Shown here: piece by piece, positions 1 to 8,569 of the stretch
Layout of the letters: every line of letters begins with the position of its first letter
How positions within the stretch are numbered: the stretch's first letter is position 1
Assembly (NCBI GenBank): GCA_963840855.1
Contig: CAWJBB010000040.1
Span: forward strand, 128,001 to 192,000
Direction of reading: 5' to 3'
Source of the DNA: an uncultured delta proteobacterium
GTDB lineage: Bacteria; Desulfobacterota; Binatia; UBA9968
DNA: 64,000 bases
The notes under the pieces: generated by a model
Told to the model about the DNA's origin: nothing
The model's database searches: none
Seen by the model: the letters and a program-made list of their open reading frames with translations, nothing else
Translations under genes and position numbers: made by a program

Positions 1-25
1 TCGCCTCTATAACATATGACACCCT

Positions 26-118
26 GTTCAAGGTTCAATGGCTTCGCCTGTTCAACGTTCAATGTTCAAAGTTAAGGAGGGGACGGGTCGTTGAACCTTG
101 AACGCGGAACCTTGAACC
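26..118. repeat. Heptamer (GTTCAAN / NTTGAAC) tandem-within-inverted repeat, stem-loop
   Basis: gttcaaggttcaa...gttcaacgttcaatgttcaaagtt followed by ttgaaccttgaac...cttgaacc; the same family recurs at many later intergenic sites. Confidence 0.8.
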
Positions 119-173
119 GCTCCGGAAGCGCCTGTCTCGACCTAGTTGCCGTGCCTGGCGCGCGACGAAGATC

Positions 174-679
174 CTATTTGATGACCTTGACCTGGCCACG
201 TATCTCGCCGCCCGTCGACAGGCTCGTGTGTACGTTAGCATAAGCGGCTCCGGCCCGCATGGCGCTGAGGGCCGCGGCAAAGTCACCAGCGCTGACCTGC
301 TGGGCGCCTGTGGGCCCGATGACGTTCGCGGCTGTGATGGTCCCAGTCACGGTTCCGGTTTGAGGGCACTGAGGAGAGAGGCCGGTAGGATCAAGATTAG
401 TGGCCGTCTGGCACAGAAAGATGAGATGCCGCCGTTCACGCCGGCCTGGCCGACGTGGATATGGGCCTGTGTCACCGTCCCCTGCAACTGGATATAAAAC
501 AGGGAATAAGAGATCGAGTCCCCGATAGTGACGGCGTAAAAAGTCCCGACGGCGGCAGTCGATACGACCGGCACCTCCTCAAGCCCGGTCAGCACTGCAA
601 TGATCTGCTCGCCCCGGGCCAAGGTGGCTGTCCCCAAAAGGGTAGCCATAACCATAACCAGAATTCGTAATCGCTTCAC
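174..679 (-). CDS. Secreted CHRD-domain protein (one frameshift near 425)
   Basis: Signal peptide, LTGLEEVP and AHIH motifs in ORF 347-679; manual translation in the shifted frame continues IFLCQT...AYANVHTSLSTGGEIRGQVKVIK* (stop 174-176), the CHRD C-terminal signature. Confidence 0.85.
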
Positions 680-843
680 AGCGCACCTCCTTGTGATCCT
701 AAATTTGTAAGCCAGTTTTCCCCTCAGCGACTTTCAGTTCCTCCCCCGAGCCCCTCCACTACCAATTCACGCTCCTCCAAGTCAATCCCCAAATGGGTGT
801 TTTTCATACCCCCCTAAACGGTGAAACTACTCGGCCTAATTTA

Positions 844-1060
844 GATGATAGGAAATTGCTTTTCACGCGCCTGTTCGGAACGCAGATGAATTGCCCCGCG
901 ACCAGTAGCTTAGCCCAGCTTCGAATCCTACGCAGTTACTGGAAAGAGCGAACGAGCGCTCCGATGACCGTTTCCGGCGGAGAGTATCCGAGAAGGTAGC
1001 GTTATGTCAACTTCGGGTTGGCTTTCACATCGGGCTGGAAATTTTCTCCGCCACGGGGTA
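844..1060. repeat. Duplicated promoter/leader module A, copy 1 (copy 2 at 7196-7452)
   Basis: gatgataggaaattgcttttcacgcgcctgttcggaacgcagatgaattgcccc is identical in both copies; similarity continues to ggaaattttctccgcc.cggggta. Confidence 0.9.
981..1010 (-). promoter_or_regulatory. Putative sigma70 promoter TTGACA-N18-TACTCT
   Basis: Perfect -35 and TAnnnT -10; spacing conserved in copy 2 (7333-7362); points towards the CHRD gene. Confidence 0.55.
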
Positions 1061-1077
1061 AGGAGGAACAAAATGAA

Positions 1078-1215
1078 GCTCCTCGGAGCAAAGCTCCGAG
1101 GTATCTTTGCGAAATTCTTCGAAGCCCTTCAACCCTCCTTCGCCAAGGCTACGGAGGGTTCTCCTCACCTTGATCCTCGCAGCAAGCTGCGAGGTATTCG
1201 GCGAAGGAGAATTAA
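1078..1215. repeat. REP/PATE-like palindrome cluster
   Basis: Two related hairpins cctcggagcaaagctccgaggtat and cctcgcagcaagctgcgaggtat flank the hairpin ccctccttcgccaaggctacggaggg. Confidence 0.6.
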
Positions 1216-1268
1216 TTTGTGAAAGCAAGGGGCAGAAGCACCGAAGCGATCAAGCTAAGGAGCGTAAC

Positions 1269-1412
1269 ATGCAAAAGTTCAGCGAGCTTATGCGGGGAAA
1301 CGAACTCATCGTCGCTCCGGTGGCGCTCAATCCGATCATGGCTCGGCTCGCCGAGGAGGCGGGATTCCAAGAGGCAAATTGCTTCGAGGCAGTTAGCGCC
1401 AGCGGTACCTGA
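1269..1412 (+). pseudogene. N-terminal remnant of an isocitrate lyase/PEP mutase family gene
   Basis: RBS aaggag then MQKFSELMRGNELIVAPVALNPIMARLAEEAGF, typical of the family N-terminus; truncated after about 35 codons. Confidence 0.6.
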
Positions 1413-1682
1413 GTTGAAATCTTGACAACTCCCCGGGCGAGTTGAGCCTATTCAATGCGCCCGGGCTTATTGCGCAGGTTCCAAAGTGCTCCAGCGGTTT
1501 ATGGTTGAAATCGAGAGTGAATTAGATAAAAGAACCGGAAGAGGTGCCTGTCGTCGTGAAAGTGAACCGCATCTGGAGTTTCGTTCTAACGCCTTGCTTG
1601 CTATAGGAATTGGGGACACGCCTTCTACGCCGAGAGAGATTTTCTCTCTTGCTGAGCGTTGCGGCTAAAAAGGAGGATTGAC

Positions 1683-2831
1683 ATGGTAATCGATAGGAAA
1701 ATCACCGCGATGATCTTTTCCGCCTTGTTTTTGGTCTTGTGTTCACGGCTGGCTGGTCCGGACGTCTTTGCTGCGTCAGCGAGTTCCGCCTTGTCAAAAG
1801 CCAAGCAGGAAGCGGAATCAAAGGGCTATGTTTTCTTTACGAGTCGCGATGAGATCATCAGCAAGGCGAAAAAAGAAGCAAAGATACGCGCTCTGACCGG
1901 CGCCGGCTTGGAGGCGTCCCTGCCGCCGACAACGGAAGCCTTTAAAAAGAAATATCCCTTTATCGATCTTCAGGCACAATACGTTGGCGGCACAGACGCG
2001 TCGCAGCGGTTTCTGTTGGAAGTCAAGGCCAATGCAGCCAAAGATTGGGATATCGCGCGGGCGGCAACGGATGCTTACGGCGAATGGCTGCCCCATCTCT
2101 GGAAAGTCGATATTCTGGGGATGGCCGAGCACGGAGTATTAGACATTCCTCTGCAGATGATCGACCCAAAGAATCGTAACGTTGTCGCGTTGGCGAGCCG
2201 GTTTTCAGTTGTCGTTTACAACAAAAATCTTGTTCCTCCCGCCCAGGTTCCCAAGAGTTGGGAGGACATGTTGAAGCCGGAGTACAAGGGGAAAAAATTT
2301 GCCGCCGACATCCATCCTACAGAAGTAGCCGGATTGGTACCTGGATGGGGTTTGGAAAAGACTCTCGACTATGCGCGCAAGATCGCGGCCCAGGACCCGA
2401 TCTGGTTTCGAGCCAGCGCAGCCCGCCCCCTCACGGCCCTCGGTGCCGGAGAGATTCCCATTCTCCTTTTCGGCGCTAACTACGGGAGCGCGGTGCGGGC
2501 GCAGCGCAAGGACCCACTGGGAGTCATTCAGTATACTGCTTTGGAGCCGGTTCCAGTGAGAATTACCGTGGAGGAAGCGATTCTGGCGACATCGAAGAAT
2601 CCTCACGCTGCCCTTTTGTGGTTGGAGTTCATGGCTAGTGCCGAAGCGCAATCACTGATTGACAAACACGAGCCTCTCGTCGCCTCCGTTCATAGAAAGG
2701 GTTCTGCCGTAGAGCAGGCGCTCAGAGGGAAGAAGTTATCCGTCGTTAGTTGGGAGGACCACGAAAGGTCGCAGCAGTGGATCGCCAAACTAACCGAAGC
2801 CTACGGCTTTCCCAGAGCGGAGATGAAATAG
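1683..2831 (+). CDS. ABC transporter substrate-binding protein (Fe3+/thiamine-type SBP)
   Basis: RBS aggagg; signal peptide; FKKKYPFI, YNKNLV..PKSWEDML.PEYKGK and KNPHAALLWLEF motifs. Confidence 0.85.
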   Translation: MVIDRKITAMIFSALFLVLCSRLAGPDVFAASASSALSKAKQEAESKGYVFFTSRDEIISKAKKEAKIRALTGAGLEASLPPTTEAFKKKYPFIDLQAQYVGGTDASQRFLLEVKANAAKDWDIARAATDAYGEWLPHLWKVDILGMAEHGVLDIPLQMIDPKNRNVVALASRFSVVVYNKNLVPPAQVPKSWEDMLKPEYKGKKFAADIHPTEVAGLVPGWGLEKTLDYARKIAAQDPIWFRASAARPLTALGAGEIPILLFGANYGSAVRAQRKDPLGVIQYTALEPVPVRITVEEAILATSKNPHAALLWLEFMASAEAQSLIDKHEPLVASVHRKGSAVEQALRGKKLSVVSWEDHERSQQWIAKLTEAYGFPRAEMK

Positions 2832-2917
2832 ACGCGCCGAGCTCTCCGGCAAACCTGACTCTCGTCCTGCGCTTACCATACAGGAGAAGAACCAGAGACT
2901 GGAAGGAGGACGCTTCG

Positions 2918-3283
2918 ATGAAGGTACTTAAACCCGACGAGATTCCCGCGGAACCAGCGAATAGTCCCCTGTTCACGGGTGGTCCCGTGACCCGACAAAC
3001 GCTGCTGACGCCTGAGATGAGCAACAACTTTAATCTTGCCGTCGTCAACTTTAGTGCCGGTGCCCGGAACAAGATGCACACCCATAGCAGCGATCAAGTG
3101 CTCTTTGTCACTGCCGGCAAGGGTATCATCGCCACGGAAACGCGGCAGGAGGTCATCAGCGTGGGCGATGTCGTGCACATTACGCAGGAAGAGAAACATT
3201 GGCATGGGGCTACGCCCGATTCCTCATTCTCCCACATTGCGTTAACCGCCAAAGGAAGCACGACCACGCAGGTGGAAAAGTAA
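2918..3283 (+). CDS. Cupin domain protein
   Basis: RBS aggagg; MHTHSSDQVLFVTAGKG and GDVVHI...KHWHGA cupin motifs. Confidence 0.9.
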   Translation: MKVLKPDEIPAEPANSPLFTGGPVTRQTLLTPEMSNNFNLAVVNFSAGARNKMHTHSSDQVLFVTAGKGIIATETRQEVISVGDVVHITQEEKHWHGATPDSSFSHIALTAKGSTTTQVEK

Positions 3284-3351
3284 GTCAGCCCCGCTTGTTG
3301 CTTGTTGTCCCAAATCCTGTGCCATTTTCTCAGGCGTCATCACGGGCACCA

Positions 3352-4110
3352 TCAGCTCTTGGCCGGTTCCTCATGGACCTTGCGAAGGAGCGGCGCAGCC
3401 TCCGGTGAAACCATGAACCTGATCATCGCCCGCGCGGCATCCTGCTCTTTCGACACCGTCAGCAGCGCGACGCTATTTGGACAAGGCTTGTTCAGGAATC
3501 CGGGCACCGGCCCGACATAGTCGGTCCCCGGCGCGCCCACCATGATGTTGGTCTGCTGAATGCCGAGCTCGAAGTCGCCGCGCGCCAAGAAAAATGTGAC
3601 CGGCCCGGTGCCGCCGCCGGTGAGAACGACCTTTGGCTTCAACTGCTCGGTGAGGCCGAGCTGCGCGATCCCCTCCGCGGCGTGCCGGCCGCTGCAGCCG
3701 CGCGAATAGCCGATTGACTTCGCCGCCAGCAACGTCGCCCTGTAGGCATCGACCGTGCTGATATCGGGCTTCGGCGCGCCGGCGCGCACCGACACGCCAA
3801 GACCGGCGAGCATGTACGGCGTCACGGTGCCGGCCACGACCTTGCCCTTCTTGGCGAGGTCCTCCATCGCCTCGGGATTGCCCGTGATCAGGTCCGCGGG
3901 CCCGCTGTTGAGTCTCTGCTCGAGCGCCGCACCAACTTCCTGGAGGACCGTCACCTTGTGCCCGCTCGTGCGCGCGAACGCGGCGGCCAGTTCGTGGATC
4001 CCCACCGCACCCTGGCCGGTCAGGACGATGAGTTCAGCGGCTTGGGACATGGCTCCTGATAGTCCTATGAGGATTGTACCGATAGCGCACGACCGCGATT
4101 TCATTGTCAT
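3352..4110 (-). CDS. ModA-like (SBP_bac_11) periplasmic binding protein
   Basis: Signal peptide; GVSVRAGAPKPDIST, LLAAKSIGYS and GTDYVGPVP motifs. Confidence 0.8.
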   Translation of the reverse strand: MTMKSRSCAIGTILIGLSGAMSQAAELIVLTGQGAVGIHELAAAFARTSGHKVTVLQEVGAALEQRLNSGPADLITGNPEAMEDLAKKGKVVAGTVTPYMLAGLGVSVRAGAPKPDISTVDAYRATLLAAKSIGYSRGCSGRHAAEGIAQLGLTEQLKPKVVLTGGGTGPVTFFLARGDFELGIQQTNIMVGAPGTDYVGPVPGFLNKPCPNSVALLTVSKEQDAARAMIRFMVSPEAAPLLRKVHEEPAKS

Positions 4111-4157
4111 GGCGGCCTCCCTGATGATCTGACTTTTTTTTCATCCTAGTCGCTTTT

Positions 4158-4285
4158 CTAGATGCCGGCGGTAGATCGCTGCCCGCCCCTCGAAACCGAT
4201 GCCCGGTCGATCCGACAGCGTGATGGAGCCGTTCTCCACGCGCGCGTCGTCGGCAAAGCCGCCGGAGGCGCCGAACACGCCGCAG
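4158..4285 (-). pseudogene. C-terminal remnant of an enolase-superfamily (mandelate racemase/tartrate dehydratase-like) gene
   Basis: Manual translation GVFGASGGFADDARVENGSITLSDRPGIGFEGRAAIYRRHL*, which matches the family C-terminal P..PGIG motif. Confidence 0.55.
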
Positions 4286-4311
4286 TTCGTGCAAGGTTGG
4301 CTGCGCAGCAG

Positions 4312-6675
4312 TCAGGCCCTGGCATCGAGCTCGGTCTTTACACGCTCGCGCGTGAACGGGACTTGACGAAGACGGGCACCCGTTGCGTCGAAAACTGCGT
4401 TAGCAATGGCTGCTGCTGTAACAGTGGTGGTTGTCTCTCCCGCGCCCATGGTGCTCCCGTCAGACCGGTTGATGAGGACGGTCTCGATTTTTGGAACATT
4501 GGCGTCCAGGAACAACGATGGATAGGTTGACCAGTCGATTGAAGCCACCTTTTGGTCGTCCCACGTCACTTCCTCCAGCAGCGTCCGGCTCAAGCCATGC
4601 AGGGCGCCGCCCTCAAGCTGATTCCTTAATCCGTCGGGATTTGAAATCGGGCCGCAGTCGCTGGCAATAACGAGTCGCATTAAGGTTATCTCGCCCGTGT
4701 CTTGATTGACCTCGACTTCGGCCACCATCGCGCAGTATCCGTTGTCGCCCTCATACAGCACACACGAAACGCCCCGACCCGCAGCGACGCCGGTCCGGCG
4801 AATACCGGGCCGAGGTGACGGTCGGGTCTCCCAGTTTGCTGCCTTCGCTACGGACTTCACGACTTCGGTCAATCGAGGATCGCGCAGGTGGCGAAGGCGA
4901 TACTCGACTGGATCTGCCTTCACCAGAGTGGCGATCTCGTCCATGAACGACTCATGGGCAAAGGTGTTCTGCAGCCGTGCCGGCGAGCGCAAGGGGCCTG
5001 TCCAAAACAGCGATTTGACGTTGTGCGTGAGAACACGCTGGCTGGTCACAGCACCCGTCCCTCCGCACCGTCCGCCCACACAGCCTGTGACATACGAGGG
5101 AACTGCATTGCTGCCGTTGGAAAAGTCTGTCGGGTCCGGTGCTGGTGTTCTTGCCGCGAATGCAGCAGGCTGAAAGCCGGCCAGAAAGCCGGTGATAACG
5201 TTTCCCGGATTGTTTGTCCCCGGGCGGCCGCCTAACGTCGGAGCCCACGATTCATGATCCCAAGTGATGATTGCCCCTCCGGCATCCAGGCCTGCACGTT
5301 GGTCGATGACGAAGGCAAAGCCGTAATTCTCCCAGGCCATCTCATCTTTCCGCGTGAGCTGCACCCGCACCGGTTTGCCAATTGCCTGGGACAAAAGCGC
5401 TGCATCATAAGAAACCGTGTCCGCACCGTTGATACCGTAGCAGCCGGAACCCAGTCTGAAAATGATGCGCACATTCTCGGGTGCCAGGCCGAGAACCATT
5501 GCCATGCTGTTTTTCAGCGGGTAAACCGCCTGCGTCGCCGACCAGATCGTCGCTTTACCGTCCTTTACATCGCCAACTGCACACGAGCTGCCCACCGATC
5601 CATGCATTTGGTAAGGGTAGAGGTACGTAGCTTTCACAACTCTCGCTGCGCTCGCCAATTTTTCGTCGACATCCTTCGAGTTGACGAGAAATGTGTCTCG
5701 CGTCGGCTTCTGATTCCGCAGGTATTCGTAGAAGTCACGTTGGCGCGGCAGCCCGGTACCCGGTGTCCAGGTGACCTTCAACTTGTTTGCCGCCTGAAGG
5801 GCCTGCCACGGCTTCTCTGCGACCACCCCGACGAAATTGTTCTTGACGACCACCTTCACAATGCCCGGAACACCCCGAACGGAAGCGTCCTCAACGCCGA
5901 CCAGCGTTGCCCCGACGGCCGGCGGCCTCACAACCTGGCCGTGCAGCATACCGGGCACGCGCACATTGTGGACAAACTCGAACTGTCCGGCAGCCATTGC
6001 CGGGATCTCCTCGCGCGGCACCGGCTTTCCAAGGATCGTCCATTCACTCGGATGCTTTCGTTTCGCGCCCGGGTTAAGCGGAACGCCGAATGTTCGATCT
6101 CCGACCAATTCGGCATAGCTGGCACTCTTGGAGGGGTCTGCCTTCGCGCGGATCACACCGTCCTTCACAGCAAGACGATCGACGGGTACACCCAGCTGCG
6201 CGGATGCTCTCTGCAAGAGAGCTTCGCGAGCGGTTGCACTGGCAAGGGCCAGGTTTTTCTCGTTAAAGTTTGTCGGATGCGACTGGGCGCCGGACGTCGT
6301 TCCCTGGTCCGGAGTAAGCGCCGTGTCGCACTGAATCAATTTCACGCGATCAAACGGCACGCTAAGCTCTTCGGCGATCAACTGCTTCTGCGCGGTATAC
6401 AGTCCTTGGCCTAATTCACATTTGCCGGTGTACGCGGTCACACTGCCGTCGGCGCCAATAGCGATCCACGAATCGAGCCGACTGCTACCCGCACCATCGA
6501 GGCGCTGAGCCGCTGCCGAACCGGGCGCCATCAGTCGAGTCGTCAATCCCGCCATGCTGAAGCCGACAATCAAAGCACCAGACTTTGCGATGAACTGCCG
6601 CCGCGACATTCCGGTTTTCTCGAGCGCGATGAATGCGTCAGGCGTGAGTTCCTTCGAGACGTTCAGAGGATTCAT
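4312..6675 (-). CDS. Molybdopterin-dependent oxidoreductase large subunit (isoquinoline 1-oxidoreductase beta/nicotinate dehydrogenase-like), Tat-exported
   Basis: SRRQFI twin-arginine motif; GKCELGQG, DQGTTSG, GSGCYG, NQLEGG and GAGE motifs; ATGA overlap with the upstream 2Fe-2S gene. Confidence 0.9.
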   Translation of the reverse strand: MNPLNVSKELTPDAFIALEKTGMSRRQFIAKSGALIVGFSMAGLTTRLMAPGSAAAQRLDGAGSSRLDSWIAIGADGSVTAYTGKCELGQGLYTAQKQLIAEELSVPFDRVKLIQCDTALTPDQGTTSGAQSHPTNFNEKNLALASATAREALLQRASAQLGVPVDRLAVKDGVIRAKADPSKSASYAELVGDRTFGVPLNPGAKRKHPSEWTILGKPVPREEIPAMAAGQFEFVHNVRVPGMLHGQVVRPPAVGATLVGVEDASVRGVPGIVKVVVKNNFVGVVAEKPWQALQAANKLKVTWTPGTGLPRQRDFYEYLRNQKPTRDTFLVNSKDVDEKLASAARVVKATYLYPYQMHGSVGSSCAVGDVKDGKATIWSATQAVYPLKNSMAMVLGLAPENVRIIFRLGSGCYGINGADTVSYDAALLSQAIGKPVRVQLTRKDEMAWENYGFAFVIDQRAGLDAGGAIITWDHESWAPTLGGRPGTNNPGNVITGFLAGFQPAAFAARTPAPDPTDFSNGSNAVPSYVTGCVGGRCGGTGAVTSQRVLTHNVKSLFWTGPLRSPARLQNTFAHESFMDEIATLVKADPVEYRLRHLRDPRLTEVVKSVAKAANWETRPSPRPGIRRTGVAAGRGVSCVLYEGDNGYCAMVAEVEVNQDTGEITLMRLVIASDCGPISNPDGLRNQLEGGALHGLSRTLLEEVTWDDQKVASIDWSTYPSLFLDANVPKIETVLINRSDGSTMGAGETTTTVTAAAIANAVFDATGARLRQVPFTRERVKTELDARA

Positions 6676-7139
6676 GCTTTCACCTCCTGCGCATACCGTT
6701 TGATGGCGCGGATCATTCGCACGTGGGCGTGACAACGGCACAGCACGCCGGACATCGCGTGGCGGACTTGAGCATCCGTCGCCTTCGGGTTTCGATCCAG
6801 GAATGCTTTGGCTGTCATAATGACACCGTTGATACAGAATCCGCATTGCATGGCCTGCTCATCGATGAACGCTTTTTGAATCGGATGGGGTTTCTCGATT
6901 GTTCCGAGCCCCTCGAGTGTCGTGATTTCCGATCCCGCCACAGCAGCCACGGGCGTGATGCAAGAGCGAATCGCCTCACCCTTGACAATCACCGTGCAGG
7001 ATCCGCACTGACCGAGACCGCACCCGAACTTCGGTCCACGCAGTTCAAGATCGTCCTCGAGCACATAGAGCAGAGGAGTTGCCGGGTCCAGGTCCAGCGA
7101 GTGGCTCTGGCCATTAACTTTTAAAGTTAGAACGCTCAT
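6672..7139 (-). CDS. (2Fe-2S)-binding small subunit (IorA/CoxS family)
   Basis: CGLGQCGSC..C and QCGFC...CRC cysteine motifs. Confidence 0.95.
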   Translation of the reverse strand: MSVLTLKVNGQSHSLDLDPATPLLYVLEDDLELRGPKFGCGLGQCGSCTVIVKGEAIRSCITPVAAVAGSEITTLEGLGTIEKPHPIQKAFIDEQAMQCGFCINGVIMTAKAFLDRNPKATDAQVRHAMSGVLCRCHAHVRMIRAIKRYAQEVKA

Positions 7140-7195
7140 ATCACTCCTTTCCTCCCCAAAACCGAAGCCTGAGGCAAGCGTTACGGCGGGGTGCG

Positions 7196-7452
7196 GATGA
7201 TAGGAAATTGCTTTTCACGCGCCTGTTCGGAACGCAGATGAATTGCCCCTCGACTGGTGGCTTAGCCCAGGTTCGAAACCTAAGCAGTTACTGGCAAGAG
7301 CGAACGAACCCTCCGATGGCTGTTTTGGGCGGAGCCTATCCGACCAGGAAGCGTTATGTCAAATTCGCTCACTATGGTTAGATTCTTAAATGGCTTGACA
7401 GGCTTCGGGATGGCTTTCACACAGGGCTGGAAATTTTCTCCGCCTCGGGGTA
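7196..7452. repeat. Duplicated promoter/leader module A, copy 2, with an extra ~40-bp internal segment
   Basis: Direct repeat of 844-1060; contains TTGACA-N18-TAGGCT on the minus strand (7333-7362). Confidence 0.9.
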
Positions 7453-7531
7453 TGGACGAGCTACCGGTCGAAACCTCATATTCCAGAGGATTTTTCATGC
7501 AAGCCGACTTCCCACGAAGGGAGAATTATCA

Positions 7532-8428
7532 GTGAGACCCACCGCCGCGCTGCGCGAGATTCTTTCCGAGTCCGGTTGCACCATGTCTGTGGCGGCGCAC
7601 GACCCGCTGCTGGCGTGCCTGGTGGAGCAAGCGGGCTTCAAGTCGATCTCGATCTCGGGAAGCGCCGTTTCTGCCGCGTACCTCGGCATGCCGGACATGG
7701 GCTTCTTGAATCTCAGCGACATGGTGAGCGTGGCGCGCAGAATAGCCGCGGCGGTGAAGATCCCGATCATGGTCGATGCGGATACCGGGTACGGCAATGC
7801 GATGAGCGTGGTGAGGACCGTCCGCGAGTTGGAGCAAGCCGGCGTGGCCGGTATTATCATCGAAGACCAGATCGACTATAAGAAGTGCGGCATGATCGCG
7901 AGGAATCATCCCGTGATTCCTGCTGAAGAGCACGCCGGCAAGATTCGCGCCGCCTGTTCGGCCCGGTCGGATCCAGACTTCGTTATCGGCGCGAGGTCCG
8001 ACGCGGCCGCCGATCTGGGATTGGATGAGGCAATCAGGCGCGGATTTCTATACGCTGAGGCCGGGGCGGATCTGCTCCACATAGAGATCGCCGGTACTGC
8101 CGACGAGGTCGAGCGCATCAGGAGAGCAAACCTGCCCATCCCGTTAAAAGCAAGCATGGACGAGGGCAAGAAAATCTCGCTCATCGATCTGTCCTTCCTC
8201 GCGTCGGCCGGTTACAAGATCGCATCGTATCCGGGGCTGGTCCGTTACACGGTAGTTCGCGCAGTGCGGGAAAACCTTGCGCACCTGAGAGAGCACAAGT
8301 CCACTGTGGGGATAAGAGATCGTATGGCTAGCGCAGAAGAATACTTCGCGTCCGTAGACTTGGATCGCTACCTTGCGATGGAGGAGGACTTATTGCGACC
8401 CTTCAAGGGGCGCGAGCCATCGGGATGA
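7532..8428 (+). CDS. Isocitrate lyase/PEP mutase family lyase (methylisocitrate lyase-like)
   Basis: GMPDMG, VDADTGYGN, IEDQ...KKCG, ARSDA and YAEAGAD motifs. Confidence 0.9.
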   Translation: MRPTAALREILSESGCTMSVAAHDPLLACLVEQAGFKSISISGSAVSAAYLGMPDMGFLNLSDMVSVARRIAAAVKIPIMVDADTGYGNAMSVVRTVRELEQAGVAGIIIEDQIDYKKCGMIARNHPVIPAEEHAGKIRAACSARSDPDFVIGARSDAAADLGLDEAIRRGFLYAEAGADLLHIEIAGTADEVERIRRANLPIPLKASMDEGKKISLIDLSFLASAGYKIASYPGLVRYTVVRAVRENLAHLREHKSTVGIRDRMASAEEYFASVDLDRYLAMEEDLLRPFKGREPSG

Positions 8429-8569
8429 TCGTTGGTCGATGCTGTTCGAATTCTTCCGCGGATTCAGCGCGGCGAAGGTAACCATCTGTAGTCGCCAGAA
8501 AGAGCGAACGAACTGCCTAAAGGCACTGAATCCGACGCGTTGTGGATTTTCGGTTAAACTGAAAAATCT

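Noticed and set aside
893-945. tRNA in module A (TAGCTTAG...TTCGAAT; also 7245-7295)
   Set aside because: No anticodon arm or acceptor stem/CCA; too short for a cloverleaf
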